This document shows, in pieces, positions 1 through 9,393 of a DNA stretch of 64,000 nucleotides. Position 1 is the stretch's first letter. Each line of letters begins with the position of its first letter. The stretch spans positions 1 to 64,000 of IMG/VR virus record IMGVR_UViG_3300020200_003236; one strand, 5' to 3'. Below the pieces are notes generated by a model that saw only the letters and a program-made list of their open reading frames with translations, was not told the origin of the DNA and did not search any database. The DNA is from a virus. Lineage: Duplodnaviria; Caudoviricetes. Position numbers and translations under genes: made by a program.

Positions 1-1896
1 ATGGGAGAACCCATTTTTCCCAAGTCCAAAGAGGACTCTGTTTGGCGAGGTCAGTATAAATCGCTCAAAGAATACTACGAATGTGAATATGACCCAAAGT
101 ATTTTTCTTTCGACAAGTACCAATTGGAAATCGACCCCGACGAGCCGAAGGAACATGCCGATACTTATGACGAGATACGACGCCAGAAAGAAATTATCAA
201 GTGTTGTAATAGCTTTGCGTACTTTTGCCACAAATATGTAAAGATTCTACACCCGATGAAGGGGTTGATTCCTTTTATTTTGTACAAGTACCAGCACAAA
301 GTTATCAATGACTACAACAACCACAGATTTAACATAATTAGCAAGTTCCGTCAAGGTGGATTGACCACCGTAACTCTTTTGTGGGGTCTATGGCGGTGTT
401 TGTTCCAGCTAGACCAGCAGATCATGTTGCTTTCCAAGGCTGATAAAGAAGCTACGGATATTGGCATGATTATTGACCGTGCCGTGGAACACTTACCGGC
501 ATGGTTGGCACCCGATAAAAAGGCTGGTAAATGGAATGACCACTTGAAAATGTTTACCGAAACTGGTTCAGCAATTAAGTTCCACTCCCCGGTTTCTGCC
601 CGTGGTAAAGCCGTTACATTTTTGATCGTTGACGAAGCGGCCTTTATTCCAGACATGGAAACTCATTGGAAAGCTATGTGGCCAGTACTTTCTACTGGTG
701 GTTCTTGTACGCTTATTTCCACGGTTAATGGTATCGGCAACTGGTATCATCAAGTTTACGTTGAAGCAAAAGAAAGTCTCAATAGGTTTCACATCATTGA
801 TTTGGATTATTGGGAACACCCAGATTACAACAATACCGATTGGGTTGCGGAACAAAAAGCCCAGCTTGGCGAAAAGGGCTTCTTGCAGGAAGTTTTGCGT
901 GAGTTCCTTGGTACAGGCGATACTTATTTCTCGACCAAGATTATTCGTCAACTTATGGAGCAAACGCTCAACAACAATCCCAGCCGTAAATTATTCCCAA
1001 AATGGGCCAACAAAACAGGTTTTGTTTCACATATCGAAAAGGATGACAACCGGGGTGCGTTGTGGATGTGGAAGGAACCCGTTGACGGTCATGAGTATGT
1101 CATCGGTGCGGACTGTGCCGAAGGTCAGGGCGAAAATAACGACAATAGCGCATTCCAGATCATTGATACTGCCACGCTAGAACAGGTTGCCGAATTCTAT
1201 TCAAATACTGTCGAGCCACACGTTTTTGCCCAAATTTTGAATGAGCTTGGCGTTTATTACAATAATGCAATTGTGGCCGTAGAAAATATGGGTCCGGGCG
1301 GTGCCGTCCTGAGCAATTTACAACATACGTTGTTCTACGAAAATTTATATTACGAAGACACGAAAGGCAAATCAACGAAGCCGGGCATTAAGATAAATCA
1401 AACGAATAGACCTATTTTCTTGGAATCCTTGCAAAATAGATTGACCAACGAAACTATCCGAGTCAACAGCATTCGATTTACTAATGAATTAGGTACGTTT
1501 GAATACAATCCAATCACAAAGAAGGCGCAAGCCCAAAAGGGTAAACACGATGATTCCATCATGGCTATGTGCATAGCCCTGTTGGTTCGTGATTCTATGC
1601 TTCGAGATATACCTATCGGGGCCGAAATTCCAAAAGAAATTTTGTCGAGCGTCAAAACTCAAGTATATGAAGAGATTAAGCGAGAATTGCTGGAAGGAAA
1701 GCCAGAGGATTTGCTTGCCGAAGATGAAGATGTAGACCTTCTTGGCGTAGATAAAGAAACAATACTTCCGGGTGTTGTCTTTGACACAAGAAGAAGAGGA
1801 GACAAATTGCTCAGAGAATTTGGATGGGCTATAATTCCTCCTATCTTGTTTTTAGAAAACAACTTATGTCAAATTTTAGAATCATTTACTAATTGA
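1..1896 (+). CDS. terL: Terminase large subunit (T4 gp17-like); may be 5'-truncated at the window edge
   Basis: Walker A variant SKFRQGGLTT, Walker B LIVDEAAF, coupling motif LISTVNG, RNase H-like nuclease motifs GADCAEG and HDDSIMA. Confidence 0.93.
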   Translation: MGEPIFPKSKEDSVWRGQYKSLKEYYECEYDPKYFSFDKYQLEIDPDEPKEHADTYDEIRRQKEIIKCCNSFAYFCHKYVKILHPMKGLIPFILYKYQHKVINDYNNHRFNIISKFRQGGLTTVTLLWGLWRCLFQLDQQIMLLSKADKEATDIGMIIDRAVEHLPAWLAPDKKAGKWNDHLKMFTETGSAIKFHSPVSARGKAVTFLIVDEAAFIPDMETHWKAMWPVLSTGGSCTLISTVNGIGNWYHQVYVEAKESLNRFHIIDLDYWEHPDYNNTDWVAEQKAQLGEKGFLQEVLREFLGTGDTYFSTKIIRQLMEQTLNNNPSRKLFPKWANKTGFVSHIEKDDNRGALWMWKEPVDGHEYVIGADCAEGQGENNDNSAFQIIDTATLEQVAEFYSNTVEPHVFAQILNELGVYYNNAIVAVENMGPGGAVLSNLQHTLFYENLYYEDTKGKSTKPGIKINQTNRPIFLESLQNRLTNETIRVNSIRFTNELGTFEYNPITKKAQAQKGKHDDSIMAMCIALLVRDSMLRDIPIGAEIPKEILSSVKTQVYEEIKRELLEGKPEDLLAEDEDVDLLGVDKETILPGVVFDTRRRGDKLLREFGWAIIPPILFLENNLCQILESFTN

Positions 1897-1936
1897 ATCT
1901 CTATCTGATTTTTACTTTTCAGAAAAAAGGAATGAA

Positions 1937-2872
1937 ATGTCATTTGCGAACTTCGTAGAAAAGAAAACTAGCTATAAGCCTCCGGGTTTATCTCTGGATA
2001 ATTACAAAGAAAAGTTGTCTGAGCATGTATTTTCTTTGCAAAAAACTGGAGGCTTATCTAGACACTTTCTAAATCTTCCGAAAATTGAACGCTTGTTGCA
2101 TGAAATCAATTACCCAGACAAGGAGAGATTTCTTGTTTCTATTACTACTGGGAATACCACTAAAATTCGCAAAATATCCTTGGAGTTCAATGATTGGTCC
2201 AAACAGCGTACTTCCAAAAGCATTAATGAATTACAAAATTATTTGGCGAGATTGAAATCCTTCCTTTATTTTGACAAAGAGTTGGGGATAGACGATGCCA
2301 AATCAATAATTGAATCTAAACTGAAAGAGACGGAATTTGAGGCCAAGGCTGTGTTGCAAAACATAGATTCCATAATCAGATTATCTGATTGGGGACACAT
2401 GGATATTGTCGTGGAACCAATATTTGAAGGTTCCGGCGATCTGGTAGCAGACGAATTTAAAGTCTGCGTAGGCGACAACCATTTTGTTTATGCAAAGACC
2501 ACGACTGGACATGAGATTAAAAATTTGGAAATAAATGAATCGCAGGTTATTGAATCTCAAAAGCTACTTTGGTTGCAAAATAAAATGAATAAAGGGGTCT
2601 TTAAGGAATTCGTAAAGTTGTATTTTCTTCAACCAAAGAAAAAGAGAGCTATTTTTGAACAAATGAAAAAAGATTTAGCTCTAGGGCGACCTGTATCTTT
2701 CCCTGCCCACATCACTCTTTACGAAAATAGACCGGAAGCTGATGAAAAAGAAGATTTATGGAAAGTTAAAATGGAAAGAAAATATTTGGCTGAGAACTCA
2801 AATAACTACGAAGTTTTGGGGGACGATGTTCCATTCCGCTGGCTAGAAATGGTAGGCAATGATGAAAAATAA
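1937..2872 (+). CDS. Hypothetical phage protein
   Basis: 311-aa ORF with AAGGA SD upstream, co-oriented with terL; no motif recognised. Confidence 0.75.
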   Translation: MSFANFVEKKTSYKPPGLSLDNYKEKLSEHVFSLQKTGGLSRHFLNLPKIERLLHEINYPDKERFLVSITTGNTTKIRKISLEFNDWSKQRTSKSINELQNYLARLKSFLYFDKELGIDDAKSIIESKLKETEFEAKAVLQNIDSIIRLSDWGHMDIVVEPIFEGSGDLVADEFKVCVGDNHFVYAKTTTGHEIKNLEINESQVIESQKLLWLQNKMNKGVFKEFVKLYFLQPKKKRAIFEQMKKDLALGRPVSFPAHITLYENRPEADEKEDLWKVKMERKYLAENSNNYEVLGDDVPFRWLEMVGNDEK

Positions 2873-3197
2873 CACAAATGAATCCAAAGAATATCTGGTC
2901 AACGCTATAAAGAATTTACCAAACGATTTCGCCCTAAGTGACGTGCGATTTCACCTTAAAACCGCTTTGAGCAAACTTGAATCGGTGGAAGCCAAACGTG
3001 CCAATCGAGAAGCACAACAAACAACCGGCAATAATTGGGTCATGGTCAATAACGAATTGATGCATCCAGAGATTGCCAAGAAAGTAATTTCTCAATTGGA
3101 TGCCATGATAGGTGCCGAAAAGTTGCGACTCGAAGAATACCGAAAAAAGAAAGAACCTAAAGATGGAGACGAAGATATTCAGGCACTTTTTGGTTGA
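2859..3197 (+). CDS. Hypothetical helical protein
   Basis: 112-aa ORF overlapping its neighbours in an operon-like arrangement. Confidence 0.7.
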   Translation: MMKNNTNESKEYLVNAIKNLPNDFALSDVRFHLKTALSKLESVEAKRANREAQQTTGNNWVMVNNELMHPEIAKKVISQLDAMIGAEKLRLEEYRKKKEPKDGDEDIQALFG

Positions 3198-3729
3198 AAG
3201 CGGCAAAATAAAGAGAGATTATTCTTCTGTCCAACTTAATGTGCCAGATAGACTTGCTGATGAAATTATTTCTTGGGGATATGACAACATACCTGAGAAA
3301 TATGTGTTTTCTAATCCAGACAGGCCGTCGTTCGGTCGTGAAGACAACATTCACATAACCGTACTTTACGGGATTTTAGACAGATATAAAACAATTGTTG
3401 TTGATTTGTTGAAAAATATCAAACCATTCACAGTGCGGCTTGGCAAAATGTCTTTATTTTCTAACGACGTATTTGATGTTTTGAAAATAGATGTTGATAG
3501 TCCCGATCTACATTACATCAATTCCATCTTAACTAAGAACTTAGATGTTGTCCAGACATACCCAAAATATATCCCGCATGTGACAATAGCCTATTTAAAC
3601 AAAAACAAAGGCGGAACATACAAAGGGCTTGAAGAATTTAATGGTGAAAAATTCCAAATAAATAACCTGATATTCTCTTCTAAAGATGGCACGAAACACG
3701 AAATTAAATTAGGAGCAAGCAATGCGTAA
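3163..3729 (+). CDS. 2H phosphoesterase (2'-5' RNA ligase / Acb1-T4 57B-like)
   Basis: Two HxT motifs (HITVLYG, PHVTIAY) about 85 aa apart; likely start is ATG 3163 (METKIFRHFLVES) rather than 3112. Confidence 0.8.
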   Translation: METKIFRHFLVESGKIKRDYSSVQLNVPDRLADEIISWGYDNIPEKYVFSNPDRPSFGREDNIHITVLYGILDRYKTIVVDLLKNIKPFTVRLGKMSLFSNDVFDVLKIDVDSPDLHYINSILTKNLDVVQTYPKYIPHVTIAYLNKNKGGTYKGLEEFNGEKFQINNLIFSSKDGTKHEIKLGASNA

Positions 3730-4255
3730 AGATTGGAATGGCATAATGAAGGTTTTGGAAATAGAACAAGTCCGCAATGGTAAGGTTCTTTGGTCCAAGA
3801 AAAACCTCTACAATACTCTCCATGCAGAAGGCGAAGCGTATTTCTTAAAGGCGCTTTTCAGAAACCCCGGCGACGGAAGCATACCTCCCCAATTTTACTA
3901 CTTAGGATTGGATGCTAGAATCTCATTAGATATTTCTGATACAATGACTTCTCTTTTGGATGAACCTAATTCAAATGGTTATTTCAGACAAGCCGTAAGT
4001 TCTAAGCCAGATCAACCTACCGGATGGTATATTACTGCCAATGAAGGATACAGCAAAGCTCTTGGTTCAATTGTGACCTTTAGTGCTGCCGGTGGTTCTT
4101 GGGGGCCAGTATCGACGTTGTTCTTGACAACTCAGAATAATAACGATGGAGTTTTAATATCAAGTGTTTCGCTATCCGAAGAAGCCTACCTAGATAGCGG
4201 CGATGCTATCAATGTTAAAATGGCTATGACTTTGAGGGATTGTCCACTTCCATAA
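3722..4255 (+). CDS. Putative virion structural protein (tail/baseplate-associated)
   Basis: N-terminal 'N-T-L..G...L' pattern and beta-rich composition resembling the 32140..32616 protein. Confidence 0.5.
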   Translation: MRKDWNGIMKVLEIEQVRNGKVLWSKKNLYNTLHAEGEAYFLKALFRNPGDGSIPPQFYYLGLDARISLDISDTMTSLLDEPNSNGYFRQAVSSKPDQPTGWYITANEGYSKALGSIVTFSAAGGSWGPVSTLFLTTQNNNDGVLISSVSLSEEAYLDSGDAINVKMAMTLRDCPLP

Positions 4256-4264
4256 ATCTCGTTA

Positions 4265-4666
4265 TTAAGCGGCTAATGTTTTAAGCATCATTTCATATGG
4301 CACAATTTGAATGTAATGTATTATGTCATAATAAATCGGCTTATGAACCTTGTTGAATTCTCTGTAAAATAGGCATTCTGCCCCGCCGTCATCTGCATCA
4401 AGAAGTTTTTTCTCCGAATTTTGGCCATCTATTATTTTTGGCAAATTTAGCTGAAAGCCCGTTTTGGTGGCAATAATCGGCGTATTTTTCCCATCGTTGG
4501 TAACAATATATTTACAGAATATCTCTTTCGCTGGCTCGGAGGTATTTCCTTTAAAGAACCAGACCGGCACTGATATTCCCAAAATTTCTATCGGTTCACC
4601 ATTGGTGACTTTGTATCTCTCTTCTCTGGTTAGAAAAATATTGTGACTAATTGTAAGAGTTAACAT
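4265..4666 (-). CDS. Hypothetical protein
   Basis: 133-aa ORF, divergent from the protease gene. Confidence 0.65.
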   Translation of the reverse strand: MLTLTISHNIFLTREERYKVTNGEPIEILGISVPVWFFKGNTSEPAKEIFCKYIVTNDGKNTPIIATKTGFQLNLPKIIDGQNSEKKLLDADDGGAECLFYREFNKVHKPIYYDIIHYIQIVPYEMMLKTLAA

Positions 4667-4760
4667 GGGATGGAACCTATATAGTTTATATCAAAAGATT
4701 GGACCATGAAAATATATTTTGACTAATTGTAAGAGTTAACATGGGATGGAACCTATATAG
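4644..4760 (+). repeat. Tandem duplication (76-bp period) with a perfect 41-bp core
   Basis: TGACTAATTGTAAGAGTTAACATGGGATGGAACCTATATAG at 4644-4684 and 4720-4760; flanks also partly similar. Confidence 0.9.
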
Positions 4761-5691
4761 ATTATATATTAAAGGAGTGGTCGTGAAAAGATTTCTACCA
4801 GCCCTGTCCTTAATTCTATGTCTGGGTTTTTTGGGAGTTCAAGATAAATCTCCAGACCGCCTATCGCCGCCAATCGAGCGTATTCACTCATTCGATAATA
4901 TGCCTCTTGTTAAGGGAAGCCGGACTTTACACAAGTCAAGCGAACCTCCTATTGAACAAAGAGGAGAGGCTTATAGAAAGTGGCTGTCGTCCTCTGTCAA
5001 GATTTCAGTATCTAACGCTTCAGGCTCAGGCACAATCGTTTATTACAACTCTTCCTCTAACACAGCATATGTAGCAACTTGCGGCCATTTATGGGATGAA
5101 GGAATAATGTCGGCTGAAGAAGGCAAGCTTCGTAATTTAACTTGTAAGATTGTCATATGGTATCAAAACGAGAAAAAACTCAAATCTACCAAGGTTTATA
5201 ACGCCAAAGTAATCTTTTACAGCAATGTTAGTGGTGCCGACTCAGCTTTAGTCACATTCCAGCCTGATTGGGTTCCAACTTATTTTCCAATTGCCCCTAA
5301 AAACTACAAATATAAAAACGGCCAACGTGTACACTCTTGCGGTTGTGACGGCGGAAGAGAAGTGGCTCATTATGATGTTGAAATCATTGGTATCCAAAAT
5401 AACGATTTAATTACCTTCAGAAACAGCCCTCGTCCGGGTCGTTCTGGCGGCGGTTTAATGGACGATCAATATTACATCGCCACATGCTGGGGCACTGAAA
5501 GTTATAGCGGCACCGGCAAAGGATATTTTACGCCTTTAAGTGCTATTCACAGAGTATTCTCGAAAAACGGCTACAATTTTTTGCTGAATATTCCTCCGGG
5601 TGGTTCCGCCGCTAGAGAATTGCCTATTGTTGACCGTAATGGCTCTCAAGGCACTTACTCAGAGGAATATATTCTTTTACCCGGTCGTTAA
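4741..5691 (+). CDS. Trypsin-like serine protease with signal/anchor peptide
   Basis: Catalytic triad motifs ATCGH, DSA, GRSGGGL; hydrophobic N-terminus KRFLPALSLILCLGFLGV; true start probably a GTG after the AAAGGAG SD (about 4777-4783). Confidence 0.85.
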   Translation: MGWNLYRLYIKGVVVKRFLPALSLILCLGFLGVQDKSPDRLSPPIERIHSFDNMPLVKGSRTLHKSSEPPIEQRGEAYRKWLSSSVKISVSNASGSGTIVYYNSSSNTAYVATCGHLWDEGIMSAEEGKLRNLTCKIVIWYQNEKKLKSTKVYNAKVIFYSNVSGADSALVTFQPDWVPTYFPIAPKNYKYKNGQRVHSCGCDGGREVAHYDVEIIGIQNNDLITFRNSPRPGRSGGGLMDDQYYIATCWGTESYSGTGKGYFTPLSAIHRVFSKNGYNFLLNIPPGGSAARELPIVDRNGSQGTYSEEYILLPGR

Positions 5692-5702
5692 ACAATGATC
5701 GA

Positions 5703-6464
5703 TCATGTCAATGAATAAAAAGGACAAATTTTTCGCCATTCGCATTTTCTACATTGATCCCCCACTCTGCCGTGGGCCTCATCTGGATGCATGTCCTTTA
5801 TTGTTTTATACGAGCCAACTAGTTCTTGTTCCGCTGTTTCTAAAGACTCTTCCGTAAACTTCGTGGGCACAAGTTCTGGTCCCTCGACATAATATAAAGC
5901 CGCCCGTATATACTCGGCCTTCACGTTGAATAATTTTTGTAAAACTCTAGCATAAGATCGCAATTGCAAATCTTTTCGGATCGTGTTAGAGTTCTTGCGG
6001 AAAAATCCTTTCTTTGTGGTTTTATAATCCAGAATGAAATATTTTCCGTTCCGAATAATTAGTCGGTCGATCACGCCTTTTACGAGACAGTTATTCGGCG
6101 GGTCGAAATCGTGAACGAATTCGTATTCCAATTCGCCATCGTAACCAATACGGTCACTTAACGCCTTGATATTTTTCAAGTGCTGGGGGAATTTGTTTTT
6201 GTAGGCATCGGGCAGTGGTGACGAGGGCTTGTTGAATTCCAGCAGAATCTTCCCGCCCAAAACATCGTTGGCAATCAGAGCAATATCTTTTTTGCCTTGT
6301 TCCTTGACATAATATTCTGCGACTTTGTGGACTATTTTTCCATAAATGAGGTAGTCCGGGGTAGGTTCAAATGTTACAATCTTCTGATGGTATTTGTAAT
6401 TGTATTTCGCAGGGCACTCGTCAAAAGTTTGCTTTCTTGAAACTGAAATGTGTTCTATATTCAT
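5703..6464 (-). CDS. PD-(D/E)XK nuclease, RecB/Cas4-like
   Basis: GVIDRL and ILDYKT nuclease motifs, QLRSY, N-terminal CP and C-terminal CRKCEWRKIC Fe-S-type Cys cluster. Confidence 0.88.
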   Translation of the reverse strand: MNIEHISVSRKQTFDECPAKYNYKYHQKIVTFEPTPDYLIYGKIVHKVAEYYVKEQGKKDIALIANDVLGGKILLEFNKPSSPLPDAYKNKFPQHLKNIKALSDRIGYDGELEYEFVHDFDPPNNCLVKGVIDRLIIRNGKYFILDYKTTKKGFFRKNSNTIRKDLQLRSYARVLQKLFNVKAEYIRAALYYVEGPELVPTKFTEESLETAEQELVGSYKTIKDMHPDEAHGRVGDQCRKCEWRKICPFYSLT

Positions 6465-6505
6465 GATTTCCTCCGGTTCATTTATTCTAAGGTAAATAAG
6501 TCGTC

Positions 6506-7543
6506 ATGGCAATCAATTTTGAAAGATTCAAAGAATGGGCTGAGCGGAAATTTGGCGAGGTTGTCGTCAAAAATAAAGAAATCCGTATCAACTCTGTTTT
6601 TGAACCTGATGACGATAATTTTCACCTTTGGTGTTCTCCGTCTGGCGGCAAAAAGAAAAGAAAACTCGGTGTATTCCATTGTTTTAAGACCGACAAAAAA
6701 GGCAGTTTGGTCAGACTCGTCCAACTTGTAGAAAAGTGCGACCGAGATACAGCTTTATCTATTCTGACCGGCCAAAGTACCATCTCGGACCTCGAACGCC
6801 GACTCGAAGAATATTTTGCTGAACAGGACGGAATAAAAGCGGAACCACCAAAACCCGACCTGCAATTGCCAAGTGGTAGTTTACTTATATCCAACTTGCC
6901 ACTCAATAACTGGTGGAGAAAAAAAGCGGAAGAATATTTGCAGGGACGGCACATCCCCATCGACGGATATTACGTTTGCACGGAAGCTCCGTACAAAGCC
7001 AGAATAATTATCCCTTACTACGATCAAACTGGAAAATTGATTTATTGGAATGGGCGACACATCAGCGATAAGGCCAAACTGCGTTATTTGGGTCCACCCA
7101 AAGAAGTTGGTGTGGGCAAAGAAGATGTAATTTACATGGCTGGCCCGTGGCCACCAGAAGATTTCTACCTATATCTATGCGAAGGCGAATTTAACGCCAA
7201 AAGCCTTTTCTTATCTGAATTAAACGCAGCGGCGTGTGGCGGGAAAAACATAGGTGAAAAACAAGTTACTATATTATCTAGGTACAAGATTGTCTTGTGC
7301 TTAGACCGTGATAAGGCCGGTAAAAGTGGCACAAAGAGAATGACAGAAATTTATAATTCTTTATCTCTCAAAATAGCTACTGGTACCAATTTACTTTATG
7401 TGCGACCCGCCAACGGGTTCAAGGATTGGAACGAAATGTTCGTTTCTCTCGGCCCCGCAGTTCTGCACAGTTATGTTTTGCGGTCGCAAAAACCAATTAC
7501 CCATAATTCCCCGTATGGAACGGGAGCGGATATTTTCTTATGA
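6506..7543 (+). CDS. DNA primase (DnaG/TOPRIM type)
   Basis: N-terminal Zn-finger-like region (FHCFKTDKKG), IIIPYYD/WNGR, TOPRIM motifs LCEGEFNA and CLDRDKAG. Confidence 0.85.
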   Translation: MAINFERFKEWAERKFGEVVVKNKEIRINSVFEPDDDNFHLWCSPSGGKKKRKLGVFHCFKTDKKGSLVRLVQLVEKCDRDTALSILTGQSTISDLERRLEEYFAEQDGIKAEPPKPDLQLPSGSLLISNLPLNNWWRKKAEEYLQGRHIPIDGYYVCTEAPYKARIIIPYYDQTGKLIYWNGRHISDKAKLRYLGPPKEVGVGKEDVIYMAGPWPPEDFYLYLCEGEFNAKSLFLSELNAAACGGKNIGEKQVTILSRYKIVLCLDRDKAGKSGTKRMTEIYNSLSLKIATGTNLLYVRPANGFKDWNEMFVSLGPAVLHSYVLRSQKPITHNSPYGTGADIFL

Positions 7544-7911
7544 AACTCACTACGATTAAGAAGTTGCAAGACAGGTTTGTTGGCAAGGTCTGCACAATAC
7601 TTACTTCTCCAATTCCCAAACAAAACTTTTCCGACACGCAGTTCTCGGATTTTTTTACCTGCGTTATTGACTCTCTCGATGAAGATGGGATTTTTGCAAC
7701 TCACCCAACAACCGGGTGTAAAAACTTTTATAACCTGACCAATGTATTGGGCATTGTTGAAGAGCAAGTCTTCTATGAAGATAACCCAGAACACGCAGCA
7801 ATAATTGCCAAGGTTCGTGATCTTCCAAAAACACCTAAGCCGAACCCCAATGATTTTGCAAATATTGATTTGATGGCAAAACTAGCCCAAAAGCAGGATA
7901 GTTCCAATTAG
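7540..7911 (+). CDS. Hypothetical protein
   Basis: 123-aa ORF coupled to the primase (ATGA overlap). Confidence 0.7.
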   Translation: MKLTTIKKLQDRFVGKVCTILTSPIPKQNFSDTQFSDFFTCVIDSLDEDGIFATHPTTGCKNFYNLTNVLGIVEEQVFYEDNPEHAAIIAKVRDLPKTPKPNPNDFANIDLMAKLAQKQDSSN

Positions 7912-7970
7912 GGGATAAGAAATTTATCCTATTTGGTGGTATTGAATTTCTTTTTATCACTATATTAAAA

Positions 7971-8027
7971 TGTTGTGGGTGCAGACTCTGGATGCACCAC
8001 TTATACTCTGTAGTTCTGCGACAAGGA
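7971..8027 (+). promoter_or_regulatory. Possible structured 5' leader abutting the SD of the ExbB-like gene
   Basis: GGTGCA(gactctgga)TGCACC hairpin; TGTTGTGG (7971-7978) can pair with CTGCGACA (8016-8023) using G-U pairs, directly before the AAGGA SD. Confidence 0.3.
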
Positions 8028-8034
8028 ATCAAAA

Positions 8035-8712
8035 ATGAAATATGTCCCTTTTCTTAAATGGTGGCTTTTTTTTACGGTGATATGTGTCGCCGCAATATTT
8101 GTTCAATACGCTGGCTTTTATGCCGTACTTTGGAAAAAGGACAGTAGTTATTTAAGCTGGGCAATTCTTGGCATTTTTGTTTTTTTCTCCCTTCTTTGTG
8201 GGGGTTACATACTTCGTGTGTGTGCGTCACCACCCAAAGATAAAGCATCTTTTGAAGACTATCTGCGTCAGGAAGAAGTGGGCTGGTTCTTTAGTGAATT
8301 CTGTTTGACTCTAGGCATGATTGGAACGATTGTCGGATTCATATTCATGCTTTCAGGGTTTGAAGGCATTGATATGAACAAGCCGCAAACCGTTCAATCA
8401 CTATTGTCTGATCTTGGCAAGAGCATGTCTACGGCCCTGTACACCACTTTGGTAGGTCTTGTCTGCGGTGTTTTGCTGAAAATACAATACTTCATTTTGA
8501 GTTTGGAGCTTCAAAGAATTGGTAAACCAAAGAAGAATACTTTGGTTTCTTCTCCATCCCTCATTTCGGAAAATCCGCAAAAAACAGAGGCTGAGATTTT
8601 CAAGGGAACTCTTTTGAGCGAAGAAAAAGAATTGGCGATCCTTGCAGAAGAAGTGGCCCTGAAAGCATTATATTCGGAATCCGAAAATTCACAGGTGAAA
8701 AATGAGAACTAG
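8035..8712 (+). CDS. MotA/TolQ/ExbB proton-channel family protein
   Basis: Four hydrophobic segments; family motifs LGMIGTIVG and MSTALYTTLVGL. Confidence 0.9.
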   Translation: MKYVPFLKWWLFFTVICVAAIFVQYAGFYAVLWKKDSSYLSWAILGIFVFFSLLCGGYILRVCASPPKDKASFEDYLRQEEVGWFFSEFCLTLGMIGTIVGFIFMLSGFEGIDMNKPQTVQSLLSDLGKSMSTALYTTLVGLVCGVLLKIQYFILSLELQRIGKPKKNTLVSSPSLISENPQKTEAEIFKGTLLSEEKELAILAEEVALKALYSESENSQVKNEN

Positions 8713-9391
8713 GAGTTATAGCTGTAATACGTCTTTCTTGGACTTGCTTTTTAATACGTTAATTGCTTTTACCGCTCTCTTCGTTTTGGCTTTCGCCCTG
8801 ATGAACCAAAACAAGAAAACGCCGGACGTAAAAGGTGCGTATATCATCACCGTCACTTGGGGTGAAGAATTTGACGATGATGTTGACACATACGTTTTGG
8901 CCCCCGATAACAAATTGGTGTTTTTCCAAAGACGTGAAGACGGCCTAATGCACCTAGACCGAGACGATCTTGGTAAAAGAAATGACATAGTGAATACTCA
9001 ATTCGGAAGAATTGAATACAAAGAAAATCGAGAAATAGTTACTTTGAGAGGCACATCACGGGGAGAATACGTCGTTAACGTCCATCTGTATAGAAGGAAT
9101 GACCCGGCAAACTTAAAGCCTATCGAAGTCACAATTCAACTCGACAAAATATCTCCTGCCTATACCCCTATTGTTCAAAATAAAGTAATCCTTGTGAATA
9201 ACGGGGAAGAAAAGACGGGATTCAGATTTGTGGTTAATGACAAAGGCGAAGTCACATCGACTTCCTTCTATTATAAGCCTTTGGCTAATGCCGCTCAGGG
9301 GCAAAACCTCCCTGTCGATCCCGATTTGGGGAACGGTAATCCCGAAAATCCCATAAATTTCGATCCAAATATTCCACCAGAGGATGAGTAA
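8702..9391 (+). CDS. ExbD/TolR/MotB-like partner: single TM with conserved Asp, fused to a YfaP/DUF2135-like domain
   Basis: N-terminal TM SFLDLLFNTLIAF; DVDTYVLAPD..LDRDDLG..EIVT..GEYVVNVHLY pattern; overlaps the ExbB-like gene. Confidence 0.7.
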   Translation: MRTRSYSCNTSFLDLLFNTLIAFTALFVLAFALMNQNKKTPDVKGAYIITVTWGEEFDDDVDTYVLAPDNKLVFFQRREDGLMHLDRDDLGKRNDIVNTQFGRIEYKENREIVTLRGTSRGEYVVNVHLYRRNDPANLKPIEVTIQLDKISPAYTPIVQNKVILVNNGEEKTGFRFVVNDKGEVTSTSFYYKPLANAAQGQNLPVDPDLGNGNPENPINFDPNIPPEDE

Positions 9392-9393
9392 CA

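Noticed and set aside
331-372. Terminase Walker A lacking the GKT lysine (KFRQGGLTT)
   Set aside because: The K-x-R-Q-x-G-x-(S/T) variant is familiar among large terminases and is not evidence of inactivation
4644-4760. 41-bp repeat / 35-bp spacer near a Cas4-like nuclease as a CRISPR mini-array
   Set aside because: Only two copies, non-palindromic, similarity extends into the 'spacer', and the repeats contain gene starts; best explained as a tandem duplication
5703-6464. Cas4-like gene as part of a CRISPR-Cas system
   Set aside because: No cas1/cas2, effector or array in the window; solo PD-(D/E)XK nucleases are common in phage replication modules
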